Source of the DNA: Oceanispirochaeta sp.
GTDB lineage: Bacteria > Spirochaetota > Spirochaetia > DSM-2461
Direction of reading: 5' to 3'
Assembly (NCBI GenBank): GCA_963666275.2
Contig: CAXXOA010000001.1
Location: 1,312,001-1,376,000 of the forward strand
DNA: 64,000 nt
Shown here piece after piece: positions 21,409 through 29,756 of the stretch (position 1 is its first letter; every line of letters begins with the position of its first letter). The position numbers and the translations under genes were made by a program. The notes below the pieces were generated by a model. That model saw nothing but the letters and a program-made list of their open reading frames with translations. It had not been told where the DNA came from and did not search any database.

Positions 21409-22355
21409 AAGGTTCTACGGGGTATCTGAAAAAAAAGATTCATTACAATACGGCTGTGATTCTTATCCTGCTTCTGGGAGAATTCCTCGTTCTGAAGGTA
21501 TTTGTTCCCCAGTATCTATCACTGGGAAATATCATAAGCATCGGGAGACAGTCCTCCATCACAGGGATTATCGCCATCGCAATGGGGTTTGTCCTGATCA
21601 GCGGGGGCATTGATTTTTCCCTGGGATCCCAGATTGCCTTCAGCAGTATGATTGTCTCCATTTTCATGGTACGTCTGCACTTTCCCGTTGCCCCGGCACT
21701 GATTCTGGGCCTGACGGTATGCACGTTCTCAGGATTTCTTAACGGGATGATCTGTGCAAAAATCCGGATACACCCTTTTATTCTGACCATGGCGACAGGA
21801 GTCATTTACAGGGCCGCCGCCAAGGTCCTGAACTGGGGGATGCCTCTCTACGGGCTGCCCGAGGGGTTTCTGGGACTGGATCAGTTTCAGTTCCTCGGGC
21901 TGCCCCAGTCGCTTCTTATGCTTCTGCTCTGCCTTCTGGCCGGGCATTATATCCTGAGAAAAACCTACCTGGGAAAGTATATCTATGCCATCGGAATCGA
22001 TGAGAAAACGGCGGAGTTCGCCGGCATCAATACAAAGAAGATCAAATGGACGGTCTATGGAATCGCCGGTTTTTTCTGCGGAATCGCGGGCATCCTCCTC
22101 CTCGCCCGTGTGGGATCCGCCCAGCCTTCGGCCCTTTCCGGGATTGAACTGGATGTGCTTGTGGCCGCTGCGATCGGCGGTGTGGGATTCAAGGGAGGGA
22201 AGGGCTATCTTATCAATATAGTTCTGGGAGTCCTTATCATGGAATTTTTCGGCGATGCTCTGATTATTTTCGGTGTGGGCGAATATTTCCGGAATATTTT
22301 CAAGGGACTCGTTCTTCTCCTGGCCCTCTATATGGATGATGCGGTCAGATCTTAA
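21405..22355 (+). CDS. Monosaccharide ABC transporter permease (RbsC-like)
   Basis: ISGGIDFSLG, GKYIYAIG, ELDVLVAAAIGG. Confidence 0.88.
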   Translation: MKGSTGYLKKKIHYNTAVILILLLGEFLVLKVFVPQYLSLGNIISIGRQSSITGIIAIAMGFVLISGGIDFSLGSQIAFSSMIVSIFMVRLHFPVAPALILGLTVCTFSGFLNGMICAKIRIHPFILTMATGVIYRAAAKVLNWGMPLYGLPEGFLGLDQFQFLGLPQSLLMLLLCLLAGHYILRKTYLGKYIYAIGIDEKTAEFAGINTKKIKWTVYGIAGFFCGIAGILLLARVGSAQPSALSGIELDVLVAAAIGGVGFKGGKGYLINIVLGVLIMEFFGDALIIFGVGEYFRNIFKGLVLLLALYMDDAVRS

Positions 22356-22443
22356 TTTTCTCCCCTCATATCTTTAATCTGTCACATTGCGGTGTGAATT
22401 CTGCCCCTGTAAAATAAACTTATCATCAAGGGGAGAATGAATT

Positions 22444-23967
22444 TTGCCAAAACCTATTTTAGAAATGAAGGATATCACCAAATACTTTTCGGGTGTTCAG
22501 GTACTGGATAAGGTCTGTCTGAAGGTTATGCCCGGAGAAGTGCATGCGCTGATGGGTGAGAACGGGGCGGGCAAGTCAACACTAATGAATATCCTGATGG
22601 GAATTCATACGGCCGACGGCGGTGAAATCTTTCTGGAAGGGAAAGAGATTTCCAACAAAACTCCCAGGGAAGCCATGGACAGAGGCATCTCCATGATTCA
22701 TCAGGAGCTGCATCCCATCCGGGATATGGACGTGACGGAAAATATCTTTCTGGGAAGGGAAATCCGGAAAGGTACGGACGGTATTATAAGCCTGGTCAAT
22801 AAAAAAGAGATGCTGCATAAGGCCCGGGAGCTGTTCGAAGAACTGGGTATTGCCATCAGTCCTTCGGCTCTCATGCGGGATCTCAGTGTGGCTCAATGCC
22901 AGCTCATTGAAATGGTCAAAGCCATTTCCATTTCAGCCAAAGTTATAATTATGGATGAACCGACTTCTGCCATTACGGATAAAGAGGTTGATATCCTGTT
23001 CAAACAGATCCGCTATCTTAAATCCAAAGGGGTCTCCATCATCTATATCTCTCATAAAATGGACGAAATCTTTCAGATAGCCGATTCCATTACGGTCCTG
23101 CGGGACGGCCAGTATATCGGGACCGATGCTTCGGCAAATCTGAATAATGACAAACTTATAAGCATGATGGTGGGCCGGGAAATCAGCGGAATCTATCCGA
23201 AAGAGACCGTTTCGATTGGTGATGTCACCATGGAGGTGAAAAACCTCAGCTGGGGAAAAAGGGTCAGGAATGTCAATTTTGAACTCCATCAGGGAGAGAT
23301 CCTGGGGCTGGCAGGTCTTGTAGGCGCCGGGCGAAGCGAACTTGTGGAAACCCTGTTCGGCATTAACAGCAAAACTTCCGGAGAGATCTATATCCGGGGG
23401 AACAGGACGGATATCCGCAGACCTGCGGATGCGATCTCCCATCGTATCGCTCTGATCACCGAAGACAGGAAGAGATCGGGATTGAATCTGATCGGTTCGA
23501 TCACCGAAAACGTCACCCTGGCGTCTCTGGGCTCTCTTTTCTCGAAAGGGATTATCAACAAAAAACTGGAAGGATCCCTCACAGAAGAGAGTATTAAAAA
23601 ACACAAAGTGAAGACAGTTTCCAGAAAAGCCCTGGTCAAATCGCTCAGCGGCGGCAATCAGCAGAAGGTGGTCATCGCCAAGTGGCTTCTGACAGAACCG
23701 GATATCATCATTATGGATGAACCTACCCGGGGCATCGATGTGGGAGCCAAGCGGGATATCTACCTGCTGCTGGGAGAGCTTGTAAAAGCTGGAAAATCTG
23801 TACTTGTTATCTCATCGGAGATCCCCGAGATCATGGGGATTGCCGACCGGATCCTGATCATGGCGGAAGGACAGGTTACCGGAGAGCTGATGCGGGAAGA
23901 ATTTACACAGGAAAAAATTATGCATTACGCGTCAAAATTCAACAAAGGGAAAAAGAATGAAAAATAG
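22444..23967 (+). CDS. Monosaccharide ABC transporter ATP-binding protein (RbsA/MglA-like, intact)
   Basis: GENGAGKST, IIMDEPT, YISHKM, LSGGNQQK, DEPTRGIDVGAK. Confidence 0.93.
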   Translation: MPKPILEMKDITKYFSGVQVLDKVCLKVMPGEVHALMGENGAGKSTLMNILMGIHTADGGEIFLEGKEISNKTPREAMDRGISMIHQELHPIRDMDVTENIFLGREIRKGTDGIISLVNKKEMLHKARELFEELGIAISPSALMRDLSVAQCQLIEMVKAISISAKVIIMDEPTSAITDKEVDILFKQIRYLKSKGVSIIYISHKMDEIFQIADSITVLRDGQYIGTDASANLNNDKLISMMVGREISGIYPKETVSIGDVTMEVKNLSWGKRVRNVNFELHQGEILGLAGLVGAGRSELVETLFGINSKTSGEIYIRGNRTDIRRPADAISHRIALITEDRKRSGLNLIGSITENVTLASLGSLFSKGIINKKLEGSLTEESIKKHKVKTVSRKALVKSLSGGNQQKVVIAKWLLTEPDIIIMDEPTRGIDVGAKRDIYLLLGELVKAGKSVLVISSEIPEIMGIADRILIMAEGQVTGELMREEFTQEKIMHYASKFNKGKKNEK

Positions 23968-24919
23968 AAATGGAATATTGGCTTTAAGATCCATGAGGGA
24001 ACTGGGAATTGTTTTTGTTTTTATCTGTATCCTGGTAACCCTGATGATTCTATCACCCAATGCTTTTGCCAGGCCTGCCAACCTGATCAATATATTCAAA
24101 CAGGCCTCTATAAACGGGATTCTCGCCATGGGAATGATGTTTGTTATCATCTCCGGAGGGATCGACCTCTCTGTGGGATCCATTGTGGCCCTGACTGGTG
24201 TGGTGTCCGCCAGCTTTGCCCATCCCGGAGAGTACCCTCTGATCGTTCCCATTCTTCTGGCTCTAATCCTGGGACTTTTTATAGGATGGCTGAACGGCGT
24301 GGGTGTTTCCTACGGAAATATACCGGCCTTTATTGTGACACTGGGGATGATGACCATCATCCGGGGAGTGGCGCTTATCGTGGCAAAGGGAGCTCCTGTT
24401 TTCGGCGTGACAGATCAGTATGAACTCATCGCCGGAGGATTCCTTTTTGACACAATCCCATTTCTGGTTGTCTATTTCACGGCGATAACTGCATTCAGCG
24501 CCTATGTATTGAATAAGACAGTCTTCGGAAGGCGTGTCTATGCTGTGGGCGGGAATGAAATCTCCGCGGCTTTTTCGGGAATCAATGTCAATAAAATACG
24601 GATTATGGTATTTATGATCTCCGGACTCTTTGCGGGATTCGCCGGATTGCTCCTGGCCTCAAGAACTGTCTCGGGGAATCCCACGGCGGGTCAGTCCTAC
24701 GAACTGGATGCCATTGCCGCCGTTATTATCGGAGGCGTCAGTATGTCCGGCGGTTCCGGGAAATGGTATGGAACCGTGGTGGGCGCGCTGCTCATCGCCG
24801 TTATAGGAAATGGTCTGGACATACTCAATGTGTCGTCCCACTACCAGCTGGTTATCAAAGGGGCCATTATCATTTCTGCCGTACTACTGGATGTTAAAAG
24901 CAGGGAAAAAACGGTCTAG
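23957..24919 (+). CDS. Monosaccharide ABC transporter permease
   Basis: GGIDLSVGS, FGRRVYAVGGNE, YELDAIAAVIIGG. Confidence 0.92.
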   Translation: MKNRNGILALRSMRELGIVFVFICILVTLMILSPNAFARPANLINIFKQASINGILAMGMMFVIISGGIDLSVGSIVALTGVVSASFAHPGEYPLIVPILLALILGLFIGWLNGVGVSYGNIPAFIVTLGMMTIIRGVALIVAKGAPVFGVTDQYELIAGGFLFDTIPFLVVYFTAITAFSAYVLNKTVFGRRVYAVGGNEISAAFSGINVNKIRIMVFMISGLFAGFAGLLLASRTVSGNPTAGQSYELDAIAAVIIGGVSMSGGSGKWYGTVVGALLIAVIGNGLDILNVSSHYQLVIKGAIIISAVLLDVKSREKTV

Positions 24920-24949
24920 GCTGTTTGATATATATTAGAGGAGGAAGAT

Positions 24950-25879
24950 ATGAAAAAAATCTTTGCAATGGTTTTATTGTCGGTATTTGCACTCACAACC
25001 GGTCTGTTTGCTGCCGGACAGGGTGACAATGAAGGAAAGCCCCAGAAATATGCACTTATGATGAGTCATATGACCAATGCCTTCACCATGGAAATGTCCA
25101 GCGCGGTGAAGGAGAAAGCTGAAGAACTGGGAGTAAATCTGACTGTATTTGACGGAGAGCAGGATGTTTCCAAACAGATCAGCCAGGTGGAATCCGCGAT
25201 CATTCAGGGATATGTGGGAATTGTGATCGAACCTGTATCCGTGGATGGCGTTAAACCTGCCGTCAAGGCTGCCAAAGAAGCGGGTATACCGCTGATTACC
25301 CTGAACCAGAAAATCACTGATCAGGAACTGGCCAGTGCGTTTGTCGGAGCCAACCCCATCGAAGGGGGAGAGCTTGAAATGAGAACCGCTGCCGAAGAGA
25401 TGGGCGGATCCGGAAAAGTGGCTTTTCTGCTCGGACCTTTAGGTTCGGATGCGCAGATCGGCCGAACCCAGGGGTATAAAAATGTTCTGAAAGATTACCC
25501 CGGCATTGAAGTCGTCTACGAACAGACTGCCAACTGGAGAACCGATGAGGCTCTGGAACTGGTTGAAAACTGGCTTCAGACCGGTGTGGAACTGAAAGCC
25601 ATCGTGGCTAACAACGACGGTATGGCTCTTGGAGCACTGAAAGCCGTGGAAGATGCCAAGCTTCTGGATCAGATTAAAATCTACGGTCTTGATGCCACTC
25701 CCGATGCCATGGCTGCTGTCAAAGAAGGACGTCTGTCTGCGACTATTTCCCAGAGTACTTCCGAACAGGGAAAAACAGCAATGGAATCTATTGTGAAAAT
25801 TGTAAACGGAGAATCCATTCCCTCTGAAATCATTGTTGGACACACTCTGATTAACAGTTCCAATATCAACGATTTCTAA
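24950..25879 (+). CDS. Sugar ABC transporter substrate-binding protein (RbsB-like; ribose/inositol class)
   Basis: Signal peptide, ANNDGMALGA, IYGLDA, ATISQ; GAGGAGG RBS. Confidence 0.9.
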   Translation: MKKIFAMVLLSVFALTTGLFAAGQGDNEGKPQKYALMMSHMTNAFTMEMSSAVKEKAEELGVNLTVFDGEQDVSKQISQVESAIIQGYVGIVIEPVSVDGVKPAVKAAKEAGIPLITLNQKITDQELASAFVGANPIEGGELEMRTAAEEMGGSGKVAFLLGPLGSDAQIGRTQGYKNVLKDYPGIEVVYEQTANWRTDEALELVENWLQTGVELKAIVANNDGMALGALKAVEDAKLLDQIKIYGLDATPDAMAAVKEGRLSATISQSTSEQGKTAMESIVKIVNGESIPSEIIVGHTLINSSNINDF

Positions 25880-25904
25880 TTCGGAGAACAACATCTCTTT
25901 TCGG

Positions 25905-25936
25905 GGACCGGCAGATTGCTGCCGGTCCTTTTTTTT
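25905..25936 (+). terminator. Rho-independent terminator
   Basis: GGACCGGCAG-ATTG-CTGCCGGTCC hairpin followed by T8. Confidence 0.9.
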
Positions 25937-26102
25937 CCAAATAATTCCAGACGGCTCCGGTTTTTTCGAACCCACATTTCTGTGGGATTGTCAGATAATG
26001 GACACCCGGATGTATGACTTCGTAGGACCTTCGAGAGCACTTTGAAGATCAAAACCCTCCCTCACAGGCCTTTCGGATCTCCCGGAGCCATTGTTACCGG
26101 AT

Positions 26103-26118
26103 TGGCACTTTTATTGCA
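26103..26118 (+). promoter_or_regulatory. Sigma54 (-24/-12) promoter
   Basis: TGGCAC-TTTTA-TTGCA is an exact match to TGGCAC-N5-TTGCW, about 60 bp before the cheY-like start. Confidence 0.8.
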
Positions 26119-26176
26119 TTACTGTTCAGTAATAAAAACTTAGTAACAGAATAAATTAAAAAAACGGAGTCTGCCT

Positions 26177-26545
26177 GTGAAACTGTTAATTGTGGATGAT
26201 TCCAATATTATCCGTCGTGCCATCCAATTCTATCTGAAAGAGTTCAATATGGAGATCTGCGGTTCCGTCAGCAACGGAGAAGACGCGGTCCGCTGCTATG
26301 AGGAGCAGAAGCCCGATCTGGTGACCATGGATATCACCATGCCCGGTATGGACGGCCTCAGCGCCCTGGAGAAAATCATCGAAATAGATCCTGATGCGTC
26401 TGTGATTGTCATCTCAGCCCTGAAAGATAAAAGCACAGGCATCAAAGCCCTGACCCTGGGGGCCTGCGGATTCCTTTCCAAACCCTTTACCCCTGATCAG
26501 CTGAAAGAGGAAATACAGGCTTTCCTGGAGGAACGGAGCACATGA
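26177..26545 (+). CDS. Single-domain CheY-like response regulator
   Basis: LIVDDS, TMDITMPGMDG, ISA, FLSKPF; no output domain. Confidence 0.9.
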   Translation: MKLLIVDDSNIIRRAIQFYLKEFNMEICGSVSNGEDAVRCYEEQKPDLVTMDITMPGMDGLSALEKIIEIDPDASVIVISALKDKSTGIKALTLGACGFLSKPFTPDQLKEEIQAFLEERST

Positions 26546-27006
26546 AAGAAGAAGAGATTAAAGTCTTTATTGATATAGTCACCCACTATTTCCGGGAGAT
26601 CTCGGGAGAGGAAGCCCGCATGGGGGTTCCCTTTATCAAAAACGATAACCTGTCTGTCATGGACTATACAGGGATCATCGGGATCTCCGGTAAATACAGG
26701 GGAGGGATCTACCTCTCCGCCGACAGCGATCTTCTGGCCGAAGTGGCCTCATGCATTCTGGGGCTGGAAGCGGATCTGGTAGACGGGGAAGCCCGGGAGG
26801 ATATGCTGGGGGAGATTACCAATACCATCGCCGGGAATGCCCGCAGCAGCTTCGGCAGCCAGTTTATGATCTCCGTTCCCATTGTCATCAAGGGGCGCCC
26901 CGAGGATATCTCGTTCAAACTGAAACCGCCCGTTTTTGTCATCCCCATCACCTGGCGGGATCACTCCTGTTTTCTGGCCATCGGACTGGAAGAGGAGGCA
27001 TTATGA
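26542..27006 (+). CDS. cheX: CheX-family CheY-P phosphatase
   Basis: TGIIGISG..G, DMLGEITNTIAGNA (ExxN motif), ISVPIVI. Confidence 0.88.
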   Translation: MKEEEIKVFIDIVTHYFREISGEEARMGVPFIKNDNLSVMDYTGIIGISGKYRGGIYLSADSDLLAEVASCILGLEADLVDGEAREDMLGEITNTIAGNARSSFGSQFMISVPIVIKGRPEDISFKLKPPVFVIPITWRDHSCFLAIGLEEEAL

Positions 27007-29756
27007 TTGATATTCAGCAGCTTCTGGACGTGCTCTGGGTCATCATGGCATCGAGCCTTGTCTTTTTTATGCAGGCCGGATTTTCCATGGTGGAATCGGG
27101 GCTGACCCGTTCCAAAAACAGCATCAATGTGGCCGTCAAAAACCTGACCGACCTGGGGGTCTCCATCCTGATCTTCTGGGCCGTGGGGTTTGCCCTGATG
27201 TTCGGAAACAGTTACCGGGGTGTCTCGGGGATGAGCAACTGGTTTTTCCGCTTTTCCGACAATACCCTTATGATCTCGGCCGCCTTCTTTCTGTTCCAGG
27301 CTATGTTCTGCAGCACTTCGGCGACCATTGTTTCCGGTGCTGTGGCCGAAAGGATGCGCTACGCCTCCTATATCATAAGCACCATCCTGCTGTCGGGGAT
27401 TATCTATCCCGTCTTCGGCCACTGGGTCTGGGGCGGCGCAGGGGGCAGTGAAATCGGCCTCGGCTCAGGCTGGCTGGGGGCTATGGGATTTGTCGACTTT
27501 GCCGGCTCTTCGGTGGTTCACAGCGTGGGCGGCTGGGTAGGCCTGGCGATCCTTCTGATCATAGGGCCCCGGACCGGACGCTTTGCCGAAGACGGCACAT
27601 CCCGCCCTGTTCCCGGGAGCAGTATCCCCATGGCCGTAGGCGGGGTGATTATCCTGTGGTTCGGCTGGATCGGCTTTAACGGGGGCAGTACCCTGGTTAT
27701 GGACGGCAGCGTGCCCGGAATCATTATGAGAACCTGTCTGGCCGCTTCGGCGGGTATGGTAGGAGCCCTGGCGGCAGGGTGGATCATCAAGAAAACTCCC
27801 GACGTGGGATTTGTCCTGAACGGCGCCCTGGCCGGGCTTGTGGCTATTACCGCTCCGGTTCATGCGGTGAACGAGGTGGAATCGGTGATTATCGGCGCCG
27901 TGGGCGGGCTGGTTATGCTGATCTGTACGGACCTCCTGGAAAAGCTGAAAATCGACGACGCCGTGGGAGCCATACCGGTTCATCTGGCGGCGGGTATCTG
28001 GGGAACCCTGGCAGTGGGAATCTTCGGGGATCCTGAAATCCTGGGGACCACACCGTTGTTCGGTTCCCAGTTTCTGGTTCAGCTGATCGGAGTTGGGGCC
28101 TGCGGTCTCTGGAGTTTCCTCACAGCCTGGATCATCCTGAACATCATCAATAAAATATCGCCCCTCCGGGTTTCTGTAGAAGACGAACACAAAGGTCTCA
28201 ACGTGGCCGAGCACGGGGCATCCACCGAAACCTATCAGCTCTTCCAGGTCATGGAGGAGCAGGCCAGGTCGGGGGATCTTTCCCTGCGAGTGCCTGTGGA
28301 ACCCTTTACAGAAATCGGTCAGATTGCCGCGCGGTACAATGCGGCTCTGGCGGGGTTTGAAGAGAACTCGGTGGCCCGGAGCGACTACCAGACCATTCTG
28401 GACAACGTGAGCGACGGCCTTTTTCTCATTAACAGCGACGGGGCCATCTCACCCAATTACTCGGCGGCCACGGAAGGAATTTTCTGCCGGGAGGATCTGG
28501 CGGGAGTGACGCTGGAAGATCTTGTAAAACCCATGCTCACCGAAAAGGATTTCAAGGCTTTCAGTGACTATCTGCCCCTCCTTTTTGATCCCAAAATGAA
28601 AACAAGAACCCTGGACCGGCTCAATCCCCTGTCGGAAACGGCCTTTTATCTGGACACGGGAAAGGGGGAGTTCAATACCCGGTATCTGAAGTTCCGGTTC
28701 AGCCGGATTGCTCCGGAGGGGATCATTACCCATCTTATGATTCTGGTGACCGACTGTACCGCCGAAAAGGAGATCGCCCAGTCTCTGGAGGCGGAAAGGC
28801 GGAAAAACCAGGGGGAAATGGAGATGTTCTACAGCATCCTTCACCTCCAGCCCGATCTTTTCCGGGAGTTTCTCTCAAGCGCCGAAGAGGACCTGGACAG
28901 AGTCAATGAGGCTCTGGAACATCAGGGAGTAGGACTGGGGCAGCGTCTGGAGGAGATCTTCCGGCATATCCATTCGGTCAAGGGAAACGCCGCTCTCCTG
29001 GAGCTGGATTTCATAGCCCAGAGTGCCCATGAGTTTGAAGACGCCATACAGGAACTTCTGGAGAAAAAAGACCTTCAGAATGACGATTTTCTTGGTCTGA
29101 CCGTTATGCTCAGCGAAATGTACGGCGTGCTGGAGCAGATCCGCCGGCTGATGGAACGGCTCAGCAATTTCAGGGAAAATATGGTGAAACATGATCAGAT
29201 GGGCGGGGAACTGATTGCTCTCTCCCTGCAGAAGCTTGCGGGAAAAACAGCCGAAGAGCTGGGTAAGAAAGTGGAGTTCCGGTTTCAGGATTTCCGGAGC
29301 CGGGACATTCCACCGGCCTACAGAAAACCCCTGAAGGATCTGATGATCCAGCTGGTGCGCAATGCGGTTTCCCACGGTATCGAAGAGGAGAAGATCCGGA
29401 TCATGAACGGAAAAACCCCGGTGGGCCGTCTGGAGATAAAAAGCCGGCTGGACGAGGGCGTTCTGACCCTCACAGTCCGGGACGACGGACGGGGACTGGA
29501 TTTTCTGAAACTGAGAGACCGTTCTGTGCAGCTGAATCCGGACAATCCCAGGGAGGATAAAAAGAGTCTGTTCCTTTCTATGTTCCAGTCGGGAATCTCC
29601 ACCGCAGACGAGGTGGGCCGGCACAGCGGCCGGGGCGTGGGAATGGCTCTTGTAAAAACCATTGCGGAAGAACTGAAGGCCCGGCTTGTGGTGAAAACCA
29701 GGGAAAACCAGTTTTGCGAATTCAATCTTTCCATCCCTCTGGAGGGCAGCTTATGA
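27003..29756 (+). CDS. Ammonium transporter (Amt) fused to HAMP-like, PAS, HPt and CheA-type HATPase domains, without a CheW domain
   Basis: Start ATG 27003 (GAGG RBS, ATGA overlap with cheX); 917 aa. Amt: FMQAGF, SGAVAER, DFAGSSVVH, WIGFNGGS, DDAVGAIPVH. HAMP-like: GDLSLRVPVEPFTEIGQIAARYN. PAS: ILDNVSDGLFLI. HPt: IFRHIHSVKG. Kinase: LVRNAVSHGIE, DDGRG, GISTADEVGRHSGRGVGM. Confidence 0.92.
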   Translation: MIDIQQLLDVLWVIMASSLVFFMQAGFSMVESGLTRSKNSINVAVKNLTDLGVSILIFWAVGFALMFGNSYRGVSGMSNWFFRFSDNTLMISAAFFLFQAMFCSTSATIVSGAVAERMRYASYIISTILLSGIIYPVFGHWVWGGAGGSEIGLGSGWLGAMGFVDFAGSSVVHSVGGWVGLAILLIIGPRTGRFAEDGTSRPVPGSSIPMAVGGVIILWFGWIGFNGGSTLVMDGSVPGIIMRTCLAASAGMVGALAAGWIIKKTPDVGFVLNGALAGLVAITAPVHAVNEVESVIIGAVGGLVMLICTDLLEKLKIDDAVGAIPVHLAAGIWGTLAVGIFGDPEILGTTPLFGSQFLVQLIGVGACGLWSFLTAWIILNIINKISPLRVSVEDEHKGLNVAEHGASTETYQLFQVMEEQARSGDLSLRVPVEPFTEIGQIAARYNAALAGFEENSVARSDYQTILDNVSDGLFLINSDGAISPNYSAATEGIFCREDLAGVTLEDLVKPMLTEKDFKAFSDYLPLLFDPKMKTRTLDRLNPLSETAFYLDTGKGEFNTRYLKFRFSRIAPEGIITHLMILVTDCTAEKEIAQSLEAERRKNQGEMEMFYSILHLQPDLFREFLSSAEEDLDRVNEALEHQGVGLGQRLEEIFRHIHSVKGNAALLELDFIAQSAHEFEDAIQELLEKKDLQNDDFLGLTVMLSEMYGVLEQIRRLMERLSNFRENMVKHDQMGGELIALSLQKLAGKTAEELGKKVEFRFQDFRSRDIPPAYRKPLKDLMIQLVRNAVSHGIEEEKIRIMNGKTPVGRLEIKSRLDEGVLTLTVRDDGRGLDFLKLRDRSVQLNPDNPREDKKSLFLSMFQSGISTADEVGRHSGRGVGMALVKTIAEELKARLVVKTRENQFCEFNLSIPLEGSL

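Noticed and set aside
26751..27002. 84-aa N-terminal extension of the Amt kinase (1001-aa ORF)
   Set aside because: It overlaps cheX in another frame; the RBS and Amt homology begin at ATG 27003.
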